Source: Planctomycetota bacterium (GTDB lineage: Bacteria > Planctomycetota > B15-G4 > JADJEK01). Taken from it: DNA of 64,000 bases. The notes beneath the pieces are model-generated. The model saw only the letters and a list, made by a program, of their open reading frames with translations. It had not been told where the DNA came from and ran no database searches. The position numbers and the translations under genes are program-made. Shown one piece after another: positions 48,801 through 58,551 of this stretch; the stretch's first letter is position 1; each line of letters begins with the position of its first letter. The DNA is taken from assembly GCA_044225365.1 (NCBI GenBank), contig JBGAIQ010000002.1, forward strand, positions 96,001-160,000, in the 5' to 3' direction.

Positions 48801-49063
48801 ATCCGCTCGAATCCTGCTACGTCGCACTCCGCATCCGTCGATCGACGCCGAACGCTCAGATCGCAGGAGTGGTGTGGGGGATCGACGATCGGGCGATCGG
48901 TCGGATGAACTTCCAGACTGTCGGCGATGGCCCCCAGGACTACCTCGTTCGCGTGAGCAGCCAGTTCAGTTGGTCGCGAAGGCGCTGCAACTGGATCTCC
49001 GTCGTCACGACGGGCGAGAACGAGATCGAAGTCCTCGATGCCAAGATCCTCAAGGGCGACTGA
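45818..49063 (+). CDS. Large polytopic membrane protein, putative GT-C glycosyltransferase
   Basis: Many TM segments, then an extracytoplasmic C-terminal domain. Loop FEAAN...GRIPYLETFNAHG. First gene of a sugar operon. Confidence 0.55.
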   Translation: MRSAFSSFAFTALFVAVSIVVLRAEAADFWLSSFKNRVVSTPTVDGIDIGARTALFTSSVALFVGAFVLVLALLELGRRAVSDSIWRAIEALSIAGSSLWLAHAYAIDTEPTIVLVIAVQLAILSIGLFDQWVLRRGAHPDTAAYLATLGIAAAGVVILVTDLVDFVARRDVPWAQWHIGVAMVALHVLVRAFSWRRDAERGLRALNAVGGGLLLFASIPFISFLRDEIYLTLNNHGVLTVEPRTVEYVLIGFLALFVVVRIFRDLRRQDPPSLTARVGRFGLPLFLFGIASIAYYFPLHPLPDKLFEAANPGLFVQQFFDFGRIPYLETFNAHGFSDSFWSFVFPLLQGNRDEVTGFYEFLNRAIGAVLVYWLLRRATGNPYLACFAVLFAPFYVDVFPVYCELAIASLFVLERVLAKPSAIRIAAFAMYTVGVFHWRLDMGAANLIASAGVVAVTWLTSSRSRPRWRDLLVGGTACGFVYGVVFLGLAWYRGVDPLHVVQSLQHIVSSSQGFGQAVAREFGPDVRWHLFVLPIAVLSIAAISIFLRATTQSPTRERAFLMLFLAYGAFYYFANFQRGLVRHTWIEPGNVYVLSFGFVVLALSPYLRASGSERSRWIAFLGIATVLAGSFGLQGPIPASAAKYKNLWQKTIAHRIEWPHVQFAPFLIDRSPSSPSLEKHHYGAARRFIASNLTPDQTFLDLTMSPMLYVVLHRRSPHYLNHLYLAHDEWLQKNEIPEFEENDVPVVFTWMEEDLAKFDGEVANQHNFGDTVHNSVRQWVFHEWLNRHYEPWCVVQRWQVWRRKNWLAPTHPFGVDAAELAKAQPTTRGGGVSLRSVDGTKPVAPLEPGTVTYLEIDGNATKAAQIDVTLTFDDAAGQRGELRRRLDVTPGSAPRYWTLPFDLEAKSLHSVDVTSASGFEFSSVELETVVALDYSTVLDRARLRICPTLGNAAWLWATGDDRKAITRPVLRELRKQQSPAQSQNAVRYFFDPLDDPLESCYVALRIRRSTPNAQIAGVVWGIDDRAIGRMNFQTVGDGPQDYLVRVSSQFSWSRRRCNWISVVTTGENEIEVLDAKILKGD

Positions 49064-49096
49064 CGAACCGACCGATCCAACTCCCCGATCCAACGT

Positions 49097-50257
49097 ATGG
49101 GTATGCCCGAATCTCCTCCAGAGACGATCGAACTCGACTGCGCCGTCGTCGGTGGAGGCATGTTCGGCTGTTGGCTCGCCCTCTATCTCGCGCGGCGTTT
49201 CTCCGCGAAGGTCGTCGTCGTCGAGCGCGAATCGGAACTGCTCCGACGGGCGTCGTTTCGCAACCAGGCTCGCGTTCACAACGGATACCACTACCCGCGC
49301 AGCATCCTCACGGGCTTGCGATCGCGCGTGAACTCGGAGCGATTCCTGCGCGAGTACTCGGAGTGCGTCGACACCACGTTCGCGAAGTACTACGCGGTGG
49401 GTCGCGTGCGGTCGAACGTCACCGCGGCGCAGTTCGAGCGCTTCTGCGAGCGCATCGGCGCGCCGATCGAGCCCGCCGAGCCCCACGTGACCGACTGGTT
49501 CGACCCCGATCTCATCGAGAAGGTCTGGCGAGTCTCCGAGTGGGCGTTCGACGCCGATGCGATCGCCACCCGCATGGTGCGCGACCTCGAGGTGGCGCGG
49601 GTTCCCGTGTGGTACCGGCACGAAGCATTGACCGTGACGCAGCCGGAAGGAGGCCGCGGTCTGCGGGTCGAAGTTCGCGACCTCCCGAACGACACGCGCC
49701 GCGTCGTCACCGCGCGATTCGTCTTCAACGCGACGTATTCGAACCTCAATGGGCTGCTCACGCGATCGGAGGTCGAGAAGATCCCCTTGAAGCAGGAGGT
49801 CGCCGAGATCGCGCTCGTGAAGACGCCCCCGGAGTTCGAACGCGTGGGCGTCACGGTGATGTGCGGCCCGTTCTTCTCCTTCATGCCCTTTCCTGCGCGT
49901 CGGCTGCACTCCTTCTCGCACGTGCGCTACACCCCGCATCGCTCCTGGTACGATCGCGACGTTCTCTTCGACAATCAGGACTATTACCGAGGCATGGCAG
50001 AGACGTCGTCGTGGCCGCAGATGCAAAAGGACTCGCAGAGGTACATGCCGGCGATCGCTGATTTCCTCCATTGCGAGTCGTTGTTCGAGCTGAAGACCGT
50101 GCTCCCGCAGAGCGAGGGCGACGACAGCCGGCCGATCCTGTTCCGTCGCCACCCTACGCCGAAGGGCCTCGTCTCCGTTCTCGGCGGCAAGATCGACAAC
50201 GTCTACGACCTCGAGCGAGAGGTCGATGCGTTGTTCGAGGAAGGGGCGCGAGCGTGA
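49097..50257 (+). CDS. FAD-dependent oxidoreductase (DAO family)
   Basis: VVGGGMFG, RASFRNQARVHNGYHYPRS, GGKID. Confidence 0.85.
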   Translation: MGMPESPPETIELDCAVVGGGMFGCWLALYLARRFSAKVVVVERESELLRRASFRNQARVHNGYHYPRSILTGLRSRVNSERFLREYSECVDTTFAKYYAVGRVRSNVTAAQFERFCERIGAPIEPAEPHVTDWFDPDLIEKVWRVSEWAFDADAIATRMVRDLEVARVPVWYRHEALTVTQPEGGRGLRVEVRDLPNDTRRVVTARFVFNATYSNLNGLLTRSEVEKIPLKQEVAEIALVKTPPEFERVGVTVMCGPFFSFMPFPARRLHSFSHVRYTPHRSWYDRDVLFDNQDYYRGMAETSSWPQMQKDSQRYMPAIADFLHCESLFELKTVLPQSEGDDSRPILFRRHPTPKGLVSVLGGKIDNVYDLEREVDALFEEGARA

Positions 50258-51240
50258 CCTCTTCGAGCTACTTCGTCTCCGTCGTGGTCCCTTTGCAGGA
50301 CGATGCGGATCTGCTCGCGAAGTTCGTCGACGATCTGTCGCGTGTGCTCCGCGAGCACTGGGTCAACTACGAAGTCGTGCTGGTCGACGACGGGTCGCGC
50401 GATTCCACGCGCGAGGTCGTCACGACGTTGCTCTCGCGCCACGAGTGCCTGCGGTACCTGCGGCTCTCGCGTCGATTCGGCCCCGAGCTCGCGATCCTCG
50501 CGGGAACCGATGGAGTGATCGGAGACGTCGTCGTCGTGCTCGAGCCCGAGAGCGATCCGCCCGAGCTCCTGCCGCGGTTCGTCGAGGCCGCGCGCTCCAC
50601 GGGCGGCATCGTCTTCGGTGTGCGCAAGAAGCGACTCGAGCAGGGCGCTCTGTATCGCATGTGCCGATTGTTCTTCGTGAGGATCGTCGCGCGGATGTTC
50701 GACTTCGATCTGCCGGACGAGGCGTCGCTCTACATGGCGTTCACGCGGCAGGCGCTCAACGCGATCATGCAGATCAAGGACAAGGCGCGCGCGCTGCGGA
50801 TCTTCAGCGTCGTCGTCGGCTTCCCCCGGCAGCGCATCGAATACGATCCCTTGCCGCGGAGAACTCCGCTCCGGCGGAAATCGGTCGCCGAGGGTGTCGA
50901 TCGCGGCGTGTCGCTCATCGTCACGAACTCGACGCGACCTTTGCGCTACGTCGCGGTGCTCGGTCTGTTCGCGAGCTTCTTGAACCTGCTGTACCTCGTC
51001 TACGTGTTCCTCGTCTTCCTGTTCAAGGAGCATCGCGCGGAGGGGTGGGTGACCACCTCGGTCGCGATCTCCGGGATGTTCTTCGTCGTGTTCCTGATCC
51101 TCACGGTGTTCGCGGAGTACTTCGGCCGATTGCTCGAGGAGACGCGCGATCGGCCGCTCTACTTCGTGGCCGAGGAGAGGAGCAGTTCGGTCGTGATCGC
51201 GGATGCGACGCGCCGCAACGTGGTGAGTGAGTCGACGTGA
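50254..51240 (+). CDS. GT2 glycosyltransferase, GtrB/ArnC-like with two C-terminal TMs
   Basis: VSVVVP, VDDGSRD, LSRRFG, EYFGRLLEETRDRPLY. The DxD position reads LEPESD. GTGA overlap. Confidence 0.85.
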   Translation: MTSSSYFVSVVVPLQDDADLLAKFVDDLSRVLREHWVNYEVVLVDDGSRDSTREVVTTLLSRHECLRYLRLSRRFGPELAILAGTDGVIGDVVVVLEPESDPPELLPRFVEAARSTGGIVFGVRKKRLEQGALYRMCRLFFVRIVARMFDFDLPDEASLYMAFTRQALNAIMQIKDKARALRIFSVVVGFPRQRIEYDPLPRRTPLRRKSVAEGVDRGVSLIVTNSTRPLRYVAVLGLFASFLNLLYLVYVFLVFLFKEHRAEGWVTTSVAISGMFFVVFLILTVFAEYFGRLLEETRDRPLYFVAEERSSSVVIADATRRNVVSEST

Positions 51241-52064
51241 GCGCGCCAGGAACTCCGTATCGCGTCGCGAATCCGCAATGGCAGGTTCCCGCGTTCTCCG
51301 CGCTCGAACTGCGTGAGAAGCGTGCGCGCTACTGCGTCTGCATCCCGGTGATCAACGAGGGCGAGCGCATCCATGCACAGCTCCTACGCATGAAGCCGTA
51401 CGTCGAGGGGCTCGACGTCCTGATCGCCGACGGCGGCAGCTCGGACGGATCGCTCGACGAGACCTACCTGCGATCGACGATCGTGAGGACCCTGCTCACG
51501 AAGACCGGCCCGGGCAAGCTGTCGGCACAGATGCGGATGGCAATCGCCTACGGACTGGAGCAGGGCTACGAGGGCCTGATCTTCGTCGACGGCAACAACA
51601 AGGACGATCCGGCGGCGCTCCCGAGCTTCGCGAAGCTGCTCGACGAGGGGATGGACCACATCCAGGGCTCGCGCTACGTCCCGGGCGGCAAGGCGATCAA
51701 CACTCCGCCGAGTCGTCACTACGGCGTCAAACTGCTTCACTCGCCGCTCATCTCGCTCGCGTCGGGCTTCCACTACACCGACACGACGAACGGCTTTCGC
51801 GGCTACAGCCGGCGGTTCCTGCTCGATCCACGAGTCCAGCCCCTTCGCGACTGCTTCGTCGCCTACGAACTCCATTACTACCTGGCGATTCGCGCGGCGC
51901 GCCTGCGCTTCAAGGTGTGCGAGACGCCGGTGACTCGCGAGTACCCGCCGCGTGGGCCGCAGAGCCAGGTTCCGACGAAGATCAGTCCGATCCGCGGCAA
52001 TCTGCGCGTGCTGCGCACGCTGTTCCACGCGGCTTTCGTCGGCTTCGACCCAAAGGACGGATGA
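51237..52064 (+). CDS. GT2 glycosyltransferase (dolichol-phosphate mannose synthase-like)
   Basis: IPVINEG, ADGGSSDGS, VDGNNKDD, QGSRY, TDTTNGFR. Confidence 0.87.
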   Translation: MSAPGTPYRVANPQWQVPAFSALELREKRARYCVCIPVINEGERIHAQLLRMKPYVEGLDVLIADGGSSDGSLDETYLRSTIVRTLLTKTGPGKLSAQMRMAIAYGLEQGYEGLIFVDGNNKDDPAALPSFAKLLDEGMDHIQGSRYVPGGKAINTPPSRHYGVKLLHSPLISLASGFHYTDTTNGFRGYSRRFLLDPRVQPLRDCFVAYELHYYLAIRAARLRFKVCETPVTREYPPRGPQSQVPTKISPIRGNLRVLRTLFHAAFVGFDPKDG

Positions 52065-52837
52065 TGCGACGGGCATTGATCGGACACACTGGTTTCGTCG
52101 GCGGCAACCTGAAGGCCCAGGGCGAGTACACGGACTTCTACAACTCGAAGAACATCGGCGAGATCGCGGGTCAGAGCTTCGATCTCGTCGTGAGTGCGGG
52201 CGCACCCGCCGCGAAGTGGATCGCGAACAAGGAGCCGGAGGCCGACCGCAAGAGCATCGCGATGCTCACGAACGCGCTCGCAACGGTGCGCGCCAAGCGT
52301 TTCGTGCTCATCTCCACGATCGACGTCTATCCGCGACCGATCGAAGTGGACGAGGACACGAAGCTCTCGCGCGAGACCGGACAGCCCTACGGCAAGCACC
52401 GACTCGAGCTCGAGGACTTCGTGCGCTCGCGCTTTCCGAACGCGCTCATCATCCGCCTCCCCGGCCTGTTCGGCCCAGGTCTCAAGAAGAACGCGATCTA
52501 CGACTTCCTGCACGACAATCGCCTCGACCTCATCCATCAGGACGGCGTCTTCCAGTTCTACGACCTCACGCGGATCGGCGCCGATGTCGAGCGCTGTCTC
52601 CACGCGGGCGTCGAGCTCGTCAACTTCGCGACGGAGCCGGTCGCGGTGCGCGACGTCGCGCGCGTCGCATTCGGTCGCACCTTCGAGAATCAGTTGCCGC
52701 CGCCCGCGCCGCGCTACGACTACTGGACCCTTCACGCGAAGCTGTGGAATCGATCCGGGCACTATCTCGCCTCGCGCGACGAAGTGCTCGCGGCGATCGA
52801 GAAGTTCGTGGCGAACGAGAAGAAGGGCGCGCAATGA
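52061..52837 (+). CDS. NAD(P)-dependent epimerase/dehydratase-like (SDR)
   Basis: LIGHTGFVG, ISTIDVY, YGKHR, IRLPGLFG. Confidence 0.82.
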   Translation: MMRRALIGHTGFVGGNLKAQGEYTDFYNSKNIGEIAGQSFDLVVSAGAPAAKWIANKEPEADRKSIAMLTNALATVRAKRFVLISTIDVYPRPIEVDEDTKLSRETGQPYGKHRLELEDFVRSRFPNALIIRLPGLFGPGLKKNAIYDFLHDNRLDLIHQDGVFQFYDLTRIGADVERCLHAGVELVNFATEPVAVRDVARVAFGRTFENQLPPPAPRYDYWTLHAKLWNRSGHYLASRDEVLAAIEKFVANEKKGAQ

Positions 52838-53661
52838 GGATCGCGATCTCCGCGATCGCGTGGCGTCCGGACGAAGACGTCGCGGTCCGCGATCTGCTCG
52901 TCTCGAAGGGCGTCGATGCGATCGAGGCCGCCCCCTCGAAGATCGGTGTGAAACCGACCGAACTCACGACGGAGCAACTGCACCGCTACCGAGACTTCTG
53001 GCTGGAGAAGGGCGTCGAGATCGTTGCGATGCAGGCCCTCCTGTTCGGTCGCGGCGAACTCCTGTTGTTCGGTGACGACGCGCCGCGCGAAGAACTCTTC
53101 ACCTACCTCTCCAAGATCGTGCGGCTCGGCGGAACCCTCGGCGCGAAGGCGCTCGTGTTCGGGTCGCCCGGCAATCGCAAGCGCGGCGCGGTCTCCGACG
53201 AACGCGCCCTCGAGATCGCGATTCCGTTCTTTCGCCGCGTGGGCGACGTCGCCGTTGCCACGAACACCTGCCTCTGCATCGAGCCGAATCCGCCCGAGTA
53301 CGGATGCGACTGGATCACGAGCGTCGCGCAGGCGCGCGAGCTCGTCGATCGCGTCGGGCATGCGGGATTCGGGCTGCACCTCGACGCCGCCGCGATCGAG
53401 ATGGCACACGAGGACGAATCCGCGATCCTCGGCAATCGCGGTAGGATCCGCCATTTCCACGCCAGTGAACCGCAGCTCGCGCCGGTGCGCGCGGGAACCG
53501 CGATTCCGCACGCCCGCTACGCCGCGGCATTGAGAAGCGTGGGGGACGTCCGGGTCGTATCGATCGAGATGCGTCAGGTCGAGGCGACGGGGAGCAATCT
53601 CGCATCCCTCGCGACGGCGATCGATTTCGTCAAGGCGACCTACGGCGGCGTTCGGGACTGA
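52834..53661 (+). CDS. Sugar phosphate isomerase/epimerase (xylose isomerase-like TIM barrel)
   Basis: LVFGSP, CIEPN, LHLD, HFHASE, SIEM. ATGA overlap. Confidence 0.85.
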   Translation: MRIAISAIAWRPDEDVAVRDLLVSKGVDAIEAAPSKIGVKPTELTTEQLHRYRDFWLEKGVEIVAMQALLFGRGELLLFGDDAPREELFTYLSKIVRLGGTLGAKALVFGSPGNRKRGAVSDERALEIAIPFFRRVGDVAVATNTCLCIEPNPPEYGCDWITSVAQARELVDRVGHAGFGLHLDAAAIEMAHEDESAILGNRGRIRHFHASEPQLAPVRAGTAIPHARYAAALRSVGDVRVVSIEMRQVEATGSNLASLATAIDFVKATYGGVRD

Positions 53662-53722
53662 ACCTGTCCGATTGCCGTCGCAACGATTTTCGGGCACACT
53701 CGATCGTCGATCGGAGTCCCGC

Positions 53723-55657
53723 ATGCTCTGGCACACGCAAAGGCGCGTGGGCTTTCTCGCGCTCCTCTGCGCGATGCCCCTTGGCCCTCTTCTCGCTCAG
53801 GTTTCCGAACCGCATCCGGTGCGGGCGCCGTTCGTCCTCGAAACGACGTCGATCGCCGACGAGCAATACGTCGTCGCGAGTGCGTCGGAGACGTCGATCG
53901 TCGCCTACCGCGAGGCATTCCTCTCGAGCCGCATCCTCGCGAAGCGCTCCGACGGGCGAGGCCTGCCCACGACGTGGATCGGCGCGGAGGTCGTGAGCAG
54001 CAATGACACGACGCCGCGCGAACTGCATCGGGACTCGCTGCATGTCGTCGGTGATCTCGGCTTCTGCGTGTGGCTCGAGGACGAAGGCTCGGACGATCAC
54101 ACGCGCCTGCATTCCAACCGACTCATCGCGTCGTCGTGGCAGACGCCGACGCGGGTCAACGATTCGCTCGTACCGCAGAACCACGACATCGTCGATTTCG
54201 CTTGCGCCGCGCGCACCGGGCCGAACGGCAAGGTCTACGTCGCGATCGTCTTCACCACGGCCGACATCGTGACGGGCGCGGAGGCGATGTTCGGAGTGAT
54301 CTCGGCGGACAACGGGCAGACCTTCAATGCGCCGTTCCCGCTCGCCAGCGCGGGCGCGATACCGGGAGGCAACGCCAAGCGCGTCGGCGGCCTCGCGGTC
54401 GATCTGAAGGGTGGCGAACTACACGTGGCGTGGACCGACGATCGCAACGACGTGGGACATCGCGTCGAGGTCTTCTATCGCCGCGCGCTGCTCGACTACT
54501 TCGGCAATCCGATCTTCCTCGCGCCGCTCGGCACCGGATTCACCGACGTGAAGATCAGCGCGGTCGACGACGTCGTCGGGGATCCGATCCTCGCCGTCGA
54601 CGACGATCCCTATTCGCTCGATGGATTCGGCAAGCACGTGGGAATCGCGTGGCGCGAACTCGACAAGGGCGTGGGCCTTCCGACGCTGAGGTTGCGCGCA
54701 TCGCACGATTCGGGAACGAACTTCCTCCCCGAGCACGTCGTCGCGCACACTTCGACGGCGGGCGACGCGGTGGCCGACTTCGACTTCGAGATCCTCGGCG
54801 GCCGCTACGTCGTCACGTTCGAGGACAATGCGGTCGACGTCGGTGGATTCAACGTCTTCGTGTTTCCCGTCGGCGTCGAGCAGGTCTGGCGCGCGATCTC
54901 GGAGGACGGCACCGATTTCTCGAGCGCGGGAGAGGGGATCGTGACGATGGTCTCCGCGTTCAGCGAGCCGACGGCCCACGGCAAGAGCCCGTCGCTCGCG
55001 CGCGCGGCCGGCGTCGTCGATGCGGGGATCCTCGCGTTCCTCGAGGAGGGCTCACAAGGAGCCGAGGTTCGCACCGCGTTCAGCGATCAACTGGACGGCG
55101 GCGCGTTCCACATCGACGACGAGCCCGTGGTCTCGAAGGCTCAGAGCGGCGCGATCCCGCGCGAACTGAAGCGCCCGCGCGTGGCGTACAACCCGCGTTA
55201 CTCGAACTACCTGGTCGCGTGGCAGCAGGAGGTCACTCCCGACAGCGGGATCTTCCAGTTGATGCTCGGCGGCTACCGGCCACAGACGGCGCTCGCGGTG
55301 GGTTGGAACGTCGGCTCCACGGAACTGCATTTCGAGCTGCACCACGTGCCGTTCAACGACTCGTTCGCCTTCGTGTTGATCTCGGGGGCGACGACCGAGA
55401 ATCCCGCGCTCGGCTTCTTCCTGCCCGACGGCCGCCGTACGGGCTTGATGCAGGACATCTTTCAGCAGGTCGGCCTCTCGAACTTCGTGTTGTTCCTGGC
55501 GCGGAACGATCCGGTGATCGAGGGCGCAGCGACGTTGTCGATTCCCTTGCCTCCAGGCTTCGTAACGCCCGGGATTCCATTATCCTATTGTGGAGTCACC
55601 TGGGGGATCGGCGGTGCTCTGCACGTGGTGACCGATTTCGTGAAGGCACAGTCCTAG
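53723..55657 (+). CDS. Secreted protein with Asp-box (BNR/sialidase-like) repeats
   Basis: Signal peptide; SADNGQTF, SHDSGTNF, SEDGTDF, HVAWTDDR. Confidence 0.6.
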   Translation: MLWHTQRRVGFLALLCAMPLGPLLAQVSEPHPVRAPFVLETTSIADEQYVVASASETSIVAYREAFLSSRILAKRSDGRGLPTTWIGAEVVSSNDTTPRELHRDSLHVVGDLGFCVWLEDEGSDDHTRLHSNRLIASSWQTPTRVNDSLVPQNHDIVDFACAARTGPNGKVYVAIVFTTADIVTGAEAMFGVISADNGQTFNAPFPLASAGAIPGGNAKRVGGLAVDLKGGELHVAWTDDRNDVGHRVEVFYRRALLDYFGNPIFLAPLGTGFTDVKISAVDDVVGDPILAVDDDPYSLDGFGKHVGIAWRELDKGVGLPTLRLRASHDSGTNFLPEHVVAHTSTAGDAVADFDFEILGGRYVVTFEDNAVDVGGFNVFVFPVGVEQVWRAISEDGTDFSSAGEGIVTMVSAFSEPTAHGKSPSLARAAGVVDAGILAFLEEGSQGAEVRTAFSDQLDGGAFHIDDEPVVSKAQSGAIPRELKRPRVAYNPRYSNYLVAWQQEVTPDSGIFQLMLGGYRPQTALAVGWNVGSTELHFELHHVPFNDSFAFVLISGATTENPALGFFLPDGRRTGLMQDIFQQVGLSNFVLFLARNDPVIEGAATLSIPLPPGFVTPGIPLSYCGVTWGIGGALHVVTDFVKAQS

Positions 55658-55724
55658 CGGGCTGCGCCAAGTCCGATCGAGGATCCGTTCCACGACCTGC
55701 CGGTGGTGGAACGAGAGGAGATGA

Positions 55725-58379
55725 ATGGTGTTGACGCCGAATCGAACGAGTCGCGAACTCCGTTCTCCGCGCATCGTCGTCGCAATGGTCGCGATGACGA
55801 TGGCCATGAGCGCTACGGCCTTCGCGCAGTCGACGCAATATCCCACATGGCGAATCGCGGGCATTGTGCCCGGCGGGCGCTTCGGCTACGCGGTCGCGAA
55901 CGTCGGGGATCTCGACGGCGACCTCGTCGACGACCTGCTCGTGGGTGCGCCGACGGGCGCGACCGAGAGTCCGGACTCTCCGCCCGCGCCGATCGCGCCC
56001 GGCAATGCCGTCGTCCTCTCCGGCAAGACGGGCGCGACGATCTTCACCTTGCAGGGCGCGGGCGTCGGGGGGGATCTGTTCGGCTACGCGGTCGCCAATC
56101 TCGGCGATACGAATCTCGATGGCGTGAACGACTTCGGAGTCGGCGCGGCCCGCCAGAGTTCACAGTTCAATCCGGCGGCCGGCAGCCTCAGCGTCTACTC
56201 GGGTGCGACCGGGGCGCTGCGCTACCGCATCTTCGGCGATGGACCGAACGACTACTTCGGCACCGCGGTCGCAGGACTCGGCGACATCAATCTCGACGGG
56301 ATCGTCGACTTCGTCGTAGGCGCTCCGTTCGCCGATCCGAATCAGAAGGTGAACAGCGGCCGGATCAAGGTCTGTGTCGGTTCGACGGGCGGCACGTTGA
56401 AGACCGTGAATGGCCAATTCGCGGGCGACCTGTTCGGCACCGCGATCGCGGCAACCTCGGACTTCACGAACGATTTGAACGACGACTTCGTGGTGGGTGC
56501 GCCACTCGCGATGGATCTCGCCTCGAGTCAGCGGCTCGGTCGCGTCTCGTTCTATGAGGGTGGTGGCACGTTCTTCGCCAAGGTGAACGGGCTGTCCCAG
56601 GGCGATCGCTTCGGCCGCTCGGTGAGTTCGATCCCGGACTTCGATGGCGACGGCAAGAACGACGTCGTGGTCGGCGCGATCGGCGCCGATGGCGCGGTCG
56701 TCGATACTGGAGCGGTGACGATCGTCTCGACGAAGCAGCTCACGCCGGTGCTCTTCACGAAGTTCGGTGCGCAGTCGAACGCGTCGTACGGCATCGCCCA
56801 GCGCGGCGTCGCGGATCTCAATCAGGACAACGTGCCCGACCTCCTCGTCACGGACGTCACGGGTCGCCTGCAGATCGTCTCGGGTACCGGCACGCAACTC
56901 GGCGTTCTCACCGGGCCGGGCGGATTCGGGCGGTCGATCACGATCGGCGGCGATGCGAGCGGAGACGGCGTGGCGGATCTCGTCCTCGGCTCGCCGACGG
57001 CGAGCAGCGGCGGAATCGACCAGGCGGGCACGCTCGAGTCGATTCCGGGTCCGACGTTGATCGGTTCCGCCGCGATCGACGACGCGTCCCCGCTGAACTT
57101 CTCGATCGCGCTCGGGACGTCGGTTGCTCCCGTGGTGCGCAAGCTGATCGACACGGGTTTCTCCGCAGTCGACTTCGATGTCGTCGTTCCGCAGAACGCG
57201 CCCTGGCTCGTCGTGAATCCCAAGAGCGGTGCGCTGTCGGGATTCGCTGATACGGCGAATCTGACCTTCGCGCTCGACCTCGGCAAACTCCCGTACGCGA
57301 CGACGAACACGACGGTGAACATCGTCAATCACGTCTCGGGCAAGACGATGGTCAGCCTGCTCGTGAACGTCGCGCCCACCTCGGCCGGCGCGAACTCGAA
57401 GGTGGACGCATCGCCCGCGAGCCTCTATGCGGTGGCTCCGTTCTCCGCAGCACCACCCGCGCCCGCGGTGATCGAGGTGTCGAATGCCGGCAATCCCGCA
57501 TTGCTCCTCGCGGGGACGGTCCACATCGAACCGCCGAGCGCCACGTGGCTCGTTCCACAGACGACGGCGTTCGAGATCGCCGCGAACGAGGATTCCGAAT
57601 TCATCGAGGTCGACTACGCCACGTCGGGCCTCGCGCCGGGCACGTATCAGGCGAGCGTCGTCGTCGCGAATGCGTTCGACTCCAACGATGCGGTGTCGAT
57701 CCCCGTGACGGTGGTGGTGGGGGCGTCTCTCTTCGTGCCGGGCGATCGCCTGAAGGGCACGCTCGCCGACGCATCGGATCGCGATGAAGCGGTCTTCCTC
57801 GGCTTTGCGGGTCTCGCCGTCGAGTTCATCGGCGGACCGAAGAACTCGGGTGCAGCACCGCATCTCTCGCTCATCGATCCCGATGGACTCACGGTCGATG
57901 CCTGGTCGCCCGCGAATTCGAAGGCGAAGAAGGGCTTCCTGCTCGCGAAGTCGGGCCCATTCACGCTTCGCGTCGAATCGGAGAATGGGAGCGTCGGCGC
58001 CTTCGACATCAAGACCAAGCGCGACGGATTGCCGGCGAGCGCGAAGAGCTTCAAGAAGACGGTGACGGTCGATTCGTCGCAGCCACTCGATCTTCCGCTC
58101 GCCGCGCTTCCGAACTGTGAACTGACCGCGAAGATCACGTCGACGACGCTGCCGATCGGGCAACTCGCGTTCGCGTTGAAGGCGCCGAGCGGGGCATCGT
58201 TCGACGTCACGCAATACGACGCGCTCGGAACCAAGTCGTATTCGCTCGTGAAAGTGCCCCTAGCTGTCGCGGGAACCTGGCACGTCGTCGTGAACGGCCT
58301 GGCCCCTGGGGCCAAGCTGAAGCTCGACTTCGGTCTGAAACAGCCGAAGGTCGGGAAATCGACGCTCACCATCGACTGA
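55725..58379 (+). CDS. FG-GAP (integrin-alpha-like propeller) protein with BACON/Ig-like domains
   Basis: Repeats of FGYAVANVGDLDGDLVDDLLVGAP type. BACON-like APWLVVNPKSG and SGLAPGTYQASVVV. Confidence 0.85.
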   Translation: MVLTPNRTSRELRSPRIVVAMVAMTMAMSATAFAQSTQYPTWRIAGIVPGGRFGYAVANVGDLDGDLVDDLLVGAPTGATESPDSPPAPIAPGNAVVLSGKTGATIFTLQGAGVGGDLFGYAVANLGDTNLDGVNDFGVGAARQSSQFNPAAGSLSVYSGATGALRYRIFGDGPNDYFGTAVAGLGDINLDGIVDFVVGAPFADPNQKVNSGRIKVCVGSTGGTLKTVNGQFAGDLFGTAIAATSDFTNDLNDDFVVGAPLAMDLASSQRLGRVSFYEGGGTFFAKVNGLSQGDRFGRSVSSIPDFDGDGKNDVVVGAIGADGAVVDTGAVTIVSTKQLTPVLFTKFGAQSNASYGIAQRGVADLNQDNVPDLLVTDVTGRLQIVSGTGTQLGVLTGPGGFGRSITIGGDASGDGVADLVLGSPTASSGGIDQAGTLESIPGPTLIGSAAIDDASPLNFSIALGTSVAPVVRKLIDTGFSAVDFDVVVPQNAPWLVVNPKSGALSGFADTANLTFALDLGKLPYATTNTTVNIVNHVSGKTMVSLLVNVAPTSAGANSKVDASPASLYAVAPFSAAPPAPAVIEVSNAGNPALLLAGTVHIEPPSATWLVPQTTAFEIAANEDSEFIEVDYATSGLAPGTYQASVVVANAFDSNDAVSIPVTVVVGASLFVPGDRLKGTLADASDRDEAVFLGFAGLAVEFIGGPKNSGAAPHLSLIDPDGLTVDAWSPANSKAKKGFLLAKSGPFTLRVESENGSVGAFDIKTKRDGLPASAKSFKKTVTVDSSQPLDLPLAALPNCELTAKITSTTLPIGQLAFALKAPSGASFDVTQYDALGTKSYSLVKVPLAVAGTWHVVVNGLAPGAKLKLDFGLKQPKVGKSTLTID

Positions 58380-58551
58380 TCGTTCGGACGCCGCGCGAAA
58401 CGAAATCCCGGCGTTGGCGGATACAACGTTCGTCATCGCCGCTAAGGTGAAGCAACGCCCCGTCCCGACCTGCGCGGGCGCGTCCTCTCCCCGCCGCATC
58501 GACGCATGCGCCCTCACGCATCGTCGGGGCGCACAGTCCATCGCCGCCGCC

